Below are positions 45,571 to 57,140 of a stretch of DNA of 61,922 bases, piece by piece. The DNA is from Rhynchobatus australiae (taxonomy: Eukaryota): NCBI GenBank assembly GCA_034780895.1, contig JAUZTB010000062.1:21677586-21739507 (forward strand), in the 5' to 3' direction. A model generated the notes under the pieces. The model saw only the letters and a list, made by a program, of their open reading frames with translations, did not search any database and was not told where the DNA came from. Positions within the stretch are counted from its first letter, which is position 1, and each line of letters opens with the position of its first letter. The position numbers and the translations under genes were made by a program.

Positions 45571-46867
45571 AGATTGAAATTACTTTAAGAGGATAGAAGA
45601 CAAAAACTCAGACCATTCTATATCTATGCTTCCTATGTTGATTACTTTTAANNNNNNNNNNNNNNNNNNNNNNNNNNNNNNNNNNNNNNNNNNNNNNNNN
45701 NNNNNNNNNNNNNNNNNNNNNNNNNNNNNNNNNNNNNNNNNNNNNNNNNNNTTTTAACTGTTTGCCATTAGATAAAAATTCCTTTTTCTCATACAAATGT
45801 GACCATTCTTACAGTTCTAGCTTCATAAATCATATCTAATGATTGATTTTGCTCCTAACATCTCAGATGACATTTCTCCAAGTTGAAAACAGGCTAATAA
45901 CCCTTTTTAATAAGATTTTTTATGACCTATTAAAATGCCAGATGCTTTCTTCTTAGCAATGTGATTTTATTTGTAGTAGTGGAAACAGATCAGCCAATCA
46001 CTAAATTCAAGTACTGATCATCCTTTAATATTTCTTAATCAGCTAAGAAGCCACTTTAATTACTGTAAGTTTGTGAATTGAATTATGAAATGTGTCATAC
46101 TTTTCTGAAATGACATCCTTGGTCATAACAGCTCGTAGACTACTCTGAAAGATTGCATCATGGAGAATATGGTTTCTCTTCTCTCGTTGCAAGCTCAAGG
46201 GGTGTTGTAAAGACGAGAAGTGAATTCAGTGCTTGACATAATGATTGGCCTGAGACAGGGAAAAAAATATCTCATTTTGAAAAAGAATGTCTTTGAAAAA
46301 TCATCAGTTACAGCTGTCATGGGGGTCATAGGGCTAATCAGGATCCTGGTGTAATTATATAGCCATGCTAGGTACAATGGGGATGGGTTACATAACACGG
46401 TGAAACTTAAATAATCTATTATCCAACTCTCAGAGCTCTTGGTAGTTAAACATTCAGCTCACTGTGACCCCATTCCCATGCTCCCCTTAAACTTACCTGG
46501 GCCCCATATCCCGCATTCCCTTTAATCTCACTGGGGCTCTGTTCCCATGTTCCTTTTTATCTCACTAAGGCCACATTCACACACTCCTTTAAAATAACCA
46601 GGACCTGTTTCCTGCACTTCCCTTAAACTCAGCAGGTTAACTGGAAGCTTTATAATACTATTGTAACATCTTAAAATGAATTCAAAAGTTATTAGATTAT
46701 TATTAGGAGTAATGTCCAATAGTCCAGAAAATCTGCCTGTGCAGCACTACCAAAGTGCCAAGGATGCCAGATTATCTGAAATTTATTTCAGATACAATCC
46801 TGCAGTGCACCCTTACCAATATCTGGAGGGTGTCCTCATTTTATAAACCAAATAGATATCAATTGAA

Positions 46868-46975
46868 ACCCATCTGGAAAGTAACATCTGCAACAACACT
46901 ATACAATCTCAGTACTTCATTGAAATGTCAGTCTAGAATTGTGCACCAGGATCATGGATTATGACCTCAACCAAC
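46868..46975 (-). mobile_element. Deu-domain SINE (SacSINE1/AmnSINE-like) remnant
   Basis: CATCTGGAAAG..CTCAGTACTTCATTGAAATGTCAGTCTAGAATTGTGC resembles the reverse of the Deu-SINE 5' region. Short and diverged. Confidence 0.4.
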
Positions 46976-47089
46976 AATTTAAACAGGATCCTGAAATCAG
47001 ATTGACAGCAACCATTGTTTGGGCTCTGCCCACAAATTGCCAATAGATGTCAAGGAAATTAAGCATTTTTTGTCTCTCATTTCTTGCAG

Positions 47090-47540
47090 ATGGCAACTGG
47101 AGATAATTGCAAAACTTCAATGGAATGTCTTGCCAGGGTGCAAGGTGTTATTGACCCCGTGTATACAGTATCAAAGGCATTGCTTGTAAACTCTGATCTA
47201 TACAAACATGTTCAGCCCCTCAACATCCAGTTGGTGTGTGGGCATAGATGACAAATCACACAGTGTTCCCTGGTANNNNNNNNNNNNNNNNNNNNNNNNN
47301 NNNNNNNNNNNNNNNNNNNNNNNNNNNNNNNNNNNNNNNNNNNNNNNNNNNNNNNNNNNNNNNNNNNNNNNNNNNACAGTGTTCCCTGGTATTCTGGCTG
47401 CAGTCATGGTGCCTTCAAACTACAGAAGTCCTCTGAACCAACTGCATGCTATTCATAAAGGCACATCAAACAGTGGCTGCTGGATAACAATGCTTATCAG
47501 TGATAATATAGTTGATAACTGCAGAGCCCAACATATTCAC
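47090..47540 (+). pseudogene. PIF/Harbinger DDE transposase fossil
   Basis: CLARVQGVIDPVYTVSKA (cf. GFPRVQGAIDCTHV.I.A), PLNIQLVCGHR* (cf. SLNVQLVCDHR), WYSGCSHGAFKLQKS (cf. RYPGS.HDAFILRQS), QWLLDNNAYQ (cf. WLLGD.GY). Confidence 0.75.
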
Positions 47541-47719
47541 CTGAAATCCATGCCATGACAGGAATTGTGAATTGCTATTTGTTCACTGAATCAACGAAAT
47601 GATCATTAAGAAGTATTAGTACTTCAAATCAATTCTCACTGAAGCCTATATAATCTCAGCAAGATTCCCTTATTTTTGTACTGAAAACTCCGTACAATAA
47701 AATATCAGCGCACTACTCA

Positions 47720-50090
47720 CCTTCAAGTTGATTCTGTACTTGAGTATTTATTGCTGTGTTGAATGACCAGGACACCAAAGTCCTAATGTACACCAATGTT
47801 TACATTTTTACTGCTTAAAACTACTGTTTTCCAGTCAAAACACAACCTCATATTTCCCCCATGTTTCATTCCTTCAGCCACCTTCTTGTCCACTCACTTA
47901 ACTTGCCTACATCCCTATGCAGACTTTTATTTAAATGTGATAAAGTATCTGTTTCGACCATCCTTTTAGGCAGTAGGAGCTATAGCCTTATCACNNNNNN
48001 NNNNNNNNNNNNNNNNNNNNNNNNNNNNNNNNNNNNNNNNNNNNNNNNNNNNNNNNNNNNNNNNNNNNNNNNNNNNNNNNNNNNNNNNNNNNNNNNNNNN
48101 NNNNNNNNNNNNNNNNNNNNNNNNNNNNNNNNNNNNNNNNNNNNNNNNNNNNNNNNNNNNNNNNNNNNNNNNNNNNNNNNNNNNNNNNNNNNNNNNNNNN
48201 NNNNNNNNNNNNNNNNNNNNNNNNNNNNNNNNNNNNNNNNNNNNNCAAGCTGTGATCTAAGTAGTGTTGTTTGCAATTCCAACATATCTTACCCAATCTT
48301 ACAGTCTGAACCTTGACTAATAAACAAAAGTATTTTACATGCTTTTAAAACCACCTTATTTTGTTACCTTGAGGATCACTCTGCCCCTCCTCAGTACACA
48401 GTCTCCTCCCTCTTCTTATCGCCCCAAATGTATTAATTTATTTCTCTGGCCTGAATTCCATTTGCTACTTTTAACCCCAAGTGATCAGCCCCTAAACATC
48501 ATCCTACAGCCTAAGGCTTTGCTCCTTTCTCAAACATATGACCAAAGTTTTGTTTCATCAGCAAACTTTCTTTTATTATTTCTCCCAACATTTGTCTAAA
48601 CCATTAATAGTGTATAAAGGGCAAAAATGTGTGCAGAGCCCTTTGAAATCAGGAGTCACAATCTTCCAATCACAAAAATACCTGCCAACCCTTTGCTTCT
48701 CACCAACTAAACAATTTTGGATCCAATTTGCCACTCTACCTTGGATCTGACAGGCTTTTATGTTTTTGAACAGCCTTCCGTGTGGGACCTTGTCATAAGC
48801 CTAAGTAAAATCTAATCAAATACAATTTCCTCATAGACCCTCTTTGTTACCTCTACAGAAAGTTCAGTCAAGTTGGTTAGACATGATTTTCCCTTAACAA
48901 ATGCATGCTAATTATCCTTGATTAAGCTCTGTTATTCTAAATGGTTTAGTAGACTGCCCCCTAGAATTGATTCTAATGATTTGACCATGAAAGTTAAGCC
49001 ATTTGGCTTGTACATACATCCATTTTTAAACAATGCTACAACATTAGCAGCGCTCCTGTACGTAGGGAGGATTGGAAAACAATAATCAGAGCCTCTGCAA
49101 TTTCCTCCCCTGCTTCTTTTAATAGCTTTAGATACATTTCACTCAAACCAATCAATTTCAGAATCAGAATCAGGTTTATCATCACTGAATATTTTGCAAA
49201 ATTTGTTGTTTTGCAGCAGGAGTACAGTGCAAGACATGAAAATTACTATAAGCTACAAAATAAATAAATAGTGCAAAAGAGGAATAACGAGGTAGTGTTC
49301 ATGAGTTCATGGTATGTTTAGAAATTTGATGGTGGAGGGGANNNNNNNNNNNNNNNNNNNNNNNNNNNNNNNNNNNNNNNNNNNNNNNNNNNNNNNCGAT
49401 GGTAGTAACATGAAAATGTCTTTGATGGTGAGGGTCCCTAATGATGGATGCCGCCTTCTTGAGGCACCGCCTCTCGAGGATATCCTCAGTGGCAGGGAGG
49501 CTTGTGACAATGATAGAGCTGGCTGAGTCTGCAACTCTCTGCAGCCTCTCTCGACCCTGTGCATTGGAGCTTCTGTATAGAGGTGATGCAACCTGTCAGA
49601 ATGCTCTCTACTGTACATCTATAGATATTTGCAAGAGTCTTTGGTGACGTACCAAATCTCCTCAAACTCCGAATGAAGTAATTTATTCACTTTTAGAGAC
49701 GCTGAACACCTTAATACTTCCACTCACATTACATTTATATCTTCCAATATTTCATAGCTTCCCTCCTCTTTCTGGAAGACATGCAGGAAAATATTCATTC
49801 ACCATCTTACCCACATTCTCTGCTTCACTTTGGTCTCGAATTGGCCATACATTTTTGTACTTCTAAAATATTTTTGAATTTTCTTTGATTTTACTTGTCA
49901 ATTTTTTTTCTTTTTCTTATTGTTTTCCTATTTTTTTCTTTTAATCTTACACTTCCTACAGTCTTCTAGGCAATATTAAGGTTTTGATGTCTGATGTAAA
50001 TTTCCCTATTTTGCCTTATATTATTCATCCAAGGAGGTCGTGATTTGGCAGTTTAACCTTTTTGCTTTTTGGGAGCATGTTTACCCTGAA
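47720..50090 (-). mobile_element. Old CR1 ORF2 remnant interrupted by Rex/Babar (49157-49680)
   Basis: Reverse landmarks DFGVLV, RKFADETKL, DFT*AYDKVPHGRL, HAFVKGKSCLTNL and EEIAEAL. Resumes after 49680. Confidence 0.65.
49157..49680 (-). mobile_element. Rex1/Babar LINE 3' fragment
   Basis: Reverse frames give YRCTVESILTGCIT, SLPATEDILERRCLKKAASIIRD and MLLPS..PSTIKFLN. Tail GATAAACCTGATTCTGATTCTGA. Confidence 0.8.
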
Positions 50091-50599
50091 TCCTGTTGTC
50101 TCAAGTAAATACAGATGATGGAGGTAGTTCACATTCAGTGCATGAGATAAGAGACACAGACTGCCTCTGGAGGAATGTGGTAATTGATGGTAACCTACGT
50201 TTTAACTGAACAAACTTGTATCTTAGGCTGAAGGAGCACCACAGCTTTATGAAAGGCAGAGGTGTGTAAGTCACAAGATGATCATCCAGGGAAAGTGATG
50301 CCAGAAGTGACTGATTACTCACCTTCTAAAGTGTGATCAACTGAATATCTGTACATCAGTGAAGATGCTCTACCATGTATATAAATGAGTATAAAAATAT
50401 GCCATACTTTGTACAATCAGCAAGAGAGTTTGTGGACTGCAATGGTAAGGTGAATGGGTCTCTCTCAATCCCTCCTCAACATGACAGGTCATATTAGTAT
50501 ATTTCTGTTTGACATGAGAACAGATGATGTGAGTTATTCCCTTGCTCCACAACATGGCCTTTTACATATTTGGAGCCTTTATTACACTTTAACAACACT

Positions 50600-51350
50600 A
50601 AATCTAACTGAATTATAATTCAGTATCACCAAAGTATTCTCTCAGTAATGCTCCTTCATTCCCTACATCCAAGTCCTAAACTGTTGAAGTACAAACCTGC
50701 TTGTACAGGACCACCTTGCTCTGAATTGTTCCAATACCTGCGGAATCTAGAGGCCTCCTTCCAACCATGCATTCATCTGCATTCACCTTTAAGAAACAGG
50801 ATTGCAATCTCTTCCCTAATTCCTTTAAATCTGCCAGCAGAGTCTCAGCTCTTTTTTCTACTCATGTAGTCGTATCAACAAGACTACAACTTCTAGCTGC
50901 TCACTCACCCCTGCCACAATGTCCAGCAGCCACTCATTGAAGTCTCAGACCCTGGCACCAGGGAGGCAATATAACATCCTCGATTCACATCTGCAACAGC
51001 AGAAATGATTTCCCGATCTTGAAGCTAAAGAATCCCCTTTAACAATTGCTCTCGAGCTTCCCTATTTCCCTGTATGGCCGAGCCATCCATGGTACTATGG
51101 TCTGGCAGTATGCCTATGGGAAATCTTCCCCCTGCACCACCACCCCACCGCCCAATCAGTTTGCTTCAAGAGCAAAATGCCCTCAGTCTGAACAGCCTGC
51201 CTGCTCTTTGTCTGTCGAGCAGTCACCTAGGACCTCTCCTGAAACGTGCCATCAATGAAATGCTCAGCCTTGTGGATGGATTGCAGTGATGTCAGCTGTG
51301 GCTCAAACTCAAAAGCCCAGAGTTCGACTTCCTCAGCTGATGACTCTTTC
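50600..51350 (-). mobile_element. CR1 ORF1 (SGNH esterase domain) remnant
   Basis: Reverse of about 50945-51045: VKGDSLASRSGNHFCCCRCESRMLYCLPGARV (cf. IGDSIVRGTDRRFCG..RDSRMVCCLPGARV). Confidence 0.7.
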
Positions 51351-51542
51351 TGCATTTGTGGTTTTTTAAGCCACAGAAAGCATCTTAGAGGTCGACGTGC
51401 CACAGACCTGAAGTGCCCTGACATGCCATGCCTCCATTTATTGGTTTAATGCAATTTACAGAAATCAATGACCTTTAAAAAGCAAAAGCACTCAGCATTA
51501 ACTAGCTTCCTCCCTTGACCTGTCTTTAGCCAGTCAAGCATA

Positions 51543-51713
51543 TAAGATAAGATATCTTTATTAGTCACATGTACATTGAAACACACAATGAAATGCATCT
51601 TTTGTATAGAGTGTTCTGCAGGCAGCCTGCAAGTGTCGTTATGTTTCCGGTGCCAACATAGCCTGCCCACAACTTCCTAACCCGTACGTCTTTGGAATGT
51701 GGGAGGAAACCAG
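51543..51713 (-). mobile_element. 5'-truncated V-SINE with Rex-like tail
   Basis: Highly similar to the 3' halves of 24271-24580 and 28851-29159. Confidence 0.85.
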
Positions 51714-51999
51714 ATCATTGCTTTATAATGATGCCCAACAAACCCCAATCAACTCGATGATTTGTGAATCCTGTAGAAGGTCTAGGCCAATACAGGGTCC
51801 AAGAACAGATTCCCCTGTAAAAGTTATGGGGCACCTCCAGTGCATTCCTACCTTGCCATAGATTTCACAAAGGTTTGAGCAGCAGAGCACAACTGGGCAA
51901 TTGCTGGCAGAGCTCAGCTATCAAAGTCAAGACTTCCACATTCATGCAGGAGGACTAAAGAAGCATTTTCACAGAGAAATGCTGACAATTATGATACAC

Positions 52000-52950
52000 A
52001 TATGGACTCCATATACTATTTCTGTCAGTATTCTTGTCCCTTGTTATTCCCTTTCTCCACTCATACTGATTTTATCTCTGAATCTTTCAGACCTAGATTA
52101 TTCATCACTTTTGTCTTTAGTTCGATCTTTTATCATTAAGGGATAATTCATATTCTTTTCCATTTCATCTATTCTCTATTAACAGCAAATACCCTGGAAT
52201 ATTCATTCCCAACTGTTGTCACAATTAGCTATTAGATCAAACCCATTTATTTCTCTTTGTGCCATGAGTTCATGGTCAAACTCTAGTGAATACTTTGCGC
52301 TTTCAGATGGCCTTTAAATTTTAAACTTTTTTAAAACAGAGGTTTGATGTTATTCACTGTTGCACTCTTGCCATTAACCCCCCTTATGTTTTCAGGTCAC
52401 TCTCTGTTTAAATCAAAATTGAACTTGTTCTTTGGCCTAAATTTTCATGTCCATGGCTGGGATATTGCAAGGAAATGCAACCAAATTTGGTGTTCCTATA
52501 AGTGCAAGCATAAAGTAGGAAATCCCAAATTAATAGCTATTTGTCAGCCTTTTCCAATTCCACGACAATGTTGGATACCTCAATTCTTCTCCCTGAAGTA
52601 ACTATCCAATTCCCTTTTGAAAAGGCTGATCAATCCACCTTCCCTTATGGGAAGTGTGTTCCAGATCATAATTATTCCCTTTGTAAGAAAGATTTTCCTC
52701 ATAGTCCCTTGGTGTGTTTCACCCAAAATTTTAAATCTGTGCTCTTTGTCCTTTAATTATCTAAACATGGGAGCAACTCTCCTCTACCTAATCTATTTAA
52801 ACCATTCATGGTCTTGTACAGCTCTATCAAATCTCTTTAAAAATATTTCTGTTGATTTCAACAAACAGAGCTTGACCCTACAAAAGCACCCTGGATTTGC
52901 AATTTGTGGGGCCATTTATCTTCAGAATAGTGACAAAATAACACTTACTT
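52000..52950 (-). mobile_element. Old CR1 fragments (endonuclease region and 3' end)
   Basis: GAATATTCATTCCCAACT..TTGTGCCATGAGTTCAT (endonuclease start) and GTGTGTTCCAGATCATAATTATTCCCTTTGTAAGAAAG (reverse of the FFTQRV..WN motif). Confidence 0.45.
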
Positions 52951-55519
52951 CCAGATTTTAAAGAAATCATAATCCTAACATCTTCTGCCTGGCTTCTCTC
53001 CAACACAAAAAATGGAAACAGAATATAAAGTTATACAATGTAATGAAGATTAAAATTACCCTAATTAAGAGAATGCTGTAATAAATAGCACAAAATTCTT
53101 CTATATAATTAGTAGATTTTTTACATCAGCACAAAATACTGTATAAATGAACTGCAACAAACCTAATTAACAGAAATGAATGAAATTCTAAAAAGGAGCT
53201 AGTTTGCCACATTTGAAATTAGTTTTCTCTTTACACATTCCATCTGCTAGCCTCTTAGTGTAGAGAAAATTCTTGGTATGTTACTGATTCTNNNNNNNNN
53301 NNNNNNNNNNNNNNNNNNNNNNNNNNNNNNNNNNNNNNNNNNNNNNNNNNNNNNNNNNNNNNNNNNNNNNNNNNNNNNNNNNNNNNNNNNNNNNNNNNNN
53401 NNNNNNNNNNNNNNNNNNNNNNNNNNNNNNNNNNNNNNNNNNNNNNNNNNNNNNNNNNNNNACACAGAAAGAGAGCAAATAGCCTTTCACAATTGCAATT
53501 CTGAACCTGTTTAAGACAATTAAAATTGGTGAATCTCTGCTGGTTGAAGTCAAGCTGAATGTTGACTGTAATATTCCAACTGCTGTCAAGAATTGCAAGC
53601 AACAGATTTTAAATTCCATGTAGACTCAGCACCATTAAAGATCTTACTTTTGAATCACAAATGTATGTTTGCAGTCTCCTTATTCTGTCAGTACTTGTCA
53701 ACATATGTTAACTTGTATGTTGTTACAGATGACAAGAGAGTGGGCAACAGCTGTTAAACTTTTCATAACTTTAGAAGTGGGCACTAATGAGTGAAAACTG
53801 GACACTGAGAATAGAACCATAACCTGTGGCTAGAAATTGGAATTCAGATATTTTCGATGCATGAAATGGGAGCTGCATTTAGGCCTAACACCCAGTCAAG
53901 GGATCAGCAAAGAAAGTTCAATCCATAAAAAGTACTTTTACGATATTATTAGAGTGGTTTGCACCCTTTTCCCTTCATTAAATTGGCCTGCACATTTCCT
54001 AAAGGCAACAGAGTTTACAGGTTACACGTCATTCCTGCACTGACTGCTGAAAGCAAGCCAATGCCTTAAAATCCACTGTCCATGGCAGCCACAATACTGT
54101 AGCATAAAGGTTGCCATGTTGGGGAGGTAAAAGGCTGGGGTTGTGGAGGAGCTACTGGAGCAGAAGGAAGGTGGAGCCCAGAGCCTTTAATGTCTCTGGG
54201 CATAAATCCCTGCTCCTGTGATTGTTTCCGCATGTTCCAGTGAAGCTGCNNNNNNNNNNNNNNNNNNNNNNNNNNNNNNNNNNNNNNNNNNNNNNNNNNN
54301 NNNNNNNNNNNNNNNNNNNNNNNNNNNNNNNNNNNNNNNNNNNNNNNNNNNNNNNNNNNNNNNNNNNNNNNNNNNNNNNNNNNNNNNNNNNNNNNNNNNN
54401 NNNNNNNNNNNNNNNNNNNNNNNNNNNNNNNNNNNNNNNNNNNNNNNNNNNNNNNNNNNNNNNNNNNNNNNNNNNNNNNNNNNNNNNNNNNNNNNNNNNN
54501 NNNNNNNNNNNNNNNNNNNNNNNNNNNNNNNNNNNNNNNNNNNNNNNNNNNNNNNNNNNNNNNNNNNNNNNNNNNNNNNNNNNNNNNNNNNNNNNNNNNN
54601 NNNNNNNNNNNNNNNNNNNNNNNNNNNNNNNNNNNNNNNNNNNNNNNNNNNNNNNNNNNNNNNNNNNNNNNNNNNNNNNNNNNNNNNNNNNNNNNNNNNN
54701 NNNNNNNNNNNNNNNNNNNNNNNNNNNNNNNNNNNNNNTTTGTTGGAGTGCCTTTTGCCATAGTCTTTCTAATGATGTGTTGCACAGCAAGCTGTTGTCA
54801 GACAAACAGCTTGGCACCCTCTACAGGGCACCAGGAACCTGTGTGAACAAAGCAGGCAACGGTGCATCTATTGGCTGGGAAAACTATTGTTGACAGCTTT
54901 GAGTCTAACTCATGAAGTACAGTTACAATATTGATTTAAATGACAAATCAGGTACAGGAGACAACAAAGAAAAAAGATGAAAAGAAATATTGGATTAAGA
55001 AACAGAGAGAATAAAAGTAATAAGAAGTTTCATTCTTTTAAACAGATTCAATTATGATTAAAAGTCAAAAGAATGAGAACCATATTTGTAAAGGTTAATT
55101 TTTAAAGATGGAGGTCAACAAGTAGGATTTACTATAGCATTTGTAAGTTATCACACTAAAATTGTTCGTGAGTTTAATTTGTATTCATGAAGTAAAATAA
55201 AATTCATGTCATTCTATGAATGGGGAGTCAGAAGGCAAAACGCATGATCAGGAAAGTTTTGGAAGAACATTGCAACTCAGACAACAAGTTCTCTATTTTT
55301 TTAATGATTAACCATGTGTGCTGTCACCAGATGTTTTTGTATATTTTGGACAAGCATTGGAAGAGGAACNNNNNNNNNNNNNNNNNNNNNNNNNNNNNNN
55401 NNNNNNNNNNNNNNNNNNNNNNNNNNNNNNNNNNNNNNNNNNNNNNNNNNNNNNNNNNNNNNNNNNNNNNNNNNNNNNNNNNNNNNNNNNNNNNNNNNNN
55501 TAAAAAGAATGTAAACCAA

Positions 55520-56595
55520 ACAAAAGCTGCTGGTGCTGAAATTCTGAAATAAAAACAGAAAACAAAGGTAACATTCAGAAAGTCAGGCAGCATCTGTGGA
55601 AAGAAAAACAGAATTAATTTTGTCCTTCTAGAAAGGGTAAGAAGTCTCCTTCTGACATCTAACCCTCTCTGGATCTATTCACCACCAATTGCCAATGCAA
55701 TATCAACTGCCTCAATTTTCCATTACCCTCACCCATTCTAACCTGCCTCTCTCTGAATTTGCAGCTCTCCACTACTAAGGTTCAGCCCCAACTTTGTCAT
55801 CAAACCCACCAACAAGGAAGTGCTTTTGTGGTTTCACAAACTGACAAACTGCACTCCATCTTGTAGAAGCTGCCTGAAGCACTGAGTGGCTTCAGCTGTT
55901 TGTGTTTTTGCTCCAGACTCCAATATCTGCAGTCTCTTTTATCTCCCCAAGAGGAATGTCTAGGCAGACAGAATGTTTCAGACTGCACTTGCCCCACTGA
56001 ACTTATTTCTTGCCTTGGCTTTGTCCTTTCTCTCTTGGTTCAGTCCTTTCCCACTTACATCCACACCTCTGAATAGGTTCCAGTATCCAAGTCCTAGTCA
56101 GCTCATCTCCCAATGGATGTCCAATCCCTCCACATCTCAATTCCAGAACAGGGTTGCAGCTTTCAGAATTCAATATCAAATTCAACAATTTCAGGTGACC
56201 TGCTTTTTCTGTTTGTGTGAGAACCAGTCAGTTCTGCTGGAAGCTTACCCATCAGTAATATTAACTCAGATTTTCAGTCTCCACTGACACAGTATTCTCC
56301 TTTTGGTTTCAGGTTTTAGCACAGATCTAATCTACATTTCACAGCTTTTATACATCTCTTTCTTTATTTTCTCTCTTTCAAACTACCATCATTAATACAG
56401 CTACCAGATGGTTTCATAAACAGTAGAATCATCTTGTCAACCTTGCCCTTTCTCTATCAGAGGTGTTCCCTTTTCTCTGTCCATCCTTTGCAACTTCCAT
56501 GTTACCAGTTCTGATAAATGATCCTCAACTCAAAACACTAACTTTGTTTCTCGTTCCATTGATGCTGCCCAACCTGTTGAGAATTTCCAGCAACC
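55520..56595 (+). mobile_element. Internally deleted Penelope-like element: inverted 5' pLTR, DKG region, GIY-YIG C-terminus, 3' UTR and hammerhead tail
   Basis: Inverted tail at 55520-55620. LDLFTTNCQCNINCLNF..THSNL..PNFVIKPTNK (IKPADKG motif) at 55670-55818. Extra tail at 55855-55945. LQLSEFNIKFNNFR* ends at 56198. Decayed core AGTT-CTGATAA..AAAACACT-AACT at 56507-56543. Confidence 0.75.
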
Positions 56596-56599
56596 TATT

Positions 56600-57140
56600 G
56601 TACATTTAAAAAAAATGTCTTGGTCATAGAGATTGCTGTAAGGGAGGATATTCAAAGATAAGTTGGCAGGAAAGTTTAGGAAGGGAATACCAGATGGAGG
56701 CTTCAGAGTTAAAGACAAAACACCAATAGTATAGATAAAGAACTGGGAAATACATGAATGACCAGGCTTAAAAAAAGCAAAGATATCTGTAGCGTGGAGC
56801 AGGAAGTGCAAGGATAGAAGTGGAGTGTGGTTGTAGAGCTGAGCAAGACNNNNNNNNNNNNNNNNNNNNNNNNNNNNNNNNNNNNNNNNNNNNNNNNNNN
56901 NNNNNNNNNNNNNNNNNNNNNNNNNNNNNNNNNNNNNNNNNNNNNNNNNNNNNNNNNNNNNNNNNNNNNNNNNNNNNNNNNNNNNNNNNNNNNNNNNNNN
57001 NNNNNNNNNNNNNNNNNNNNNNNNNNNNNNNNNNNNNNNNNNNNNNNNNNNNNNGTGGTCTGAGGAGGATATTATTTGAATACCTTTAGAATAAACATTT
57101 AGAATAGAAGTTTGACAATGTTTGGAAATCATGAGGAGTT
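56600..57140 (-). mobile_element. L2 LINE 3' fragment
   Basis: GGAAAGTTTAGGAAGGGAATACCAGA..AACACCAATAGT, collinear with the other L2 tails. Confidence 0.55.

Noticed and set aside
47721-47782. Exon-like minus-strand segment with strong donor AAG|gtgagt
   Set aside because: It translates DFGVLV.., a CR1 RT remnant (DLGVLV), and has a stop in that frame.
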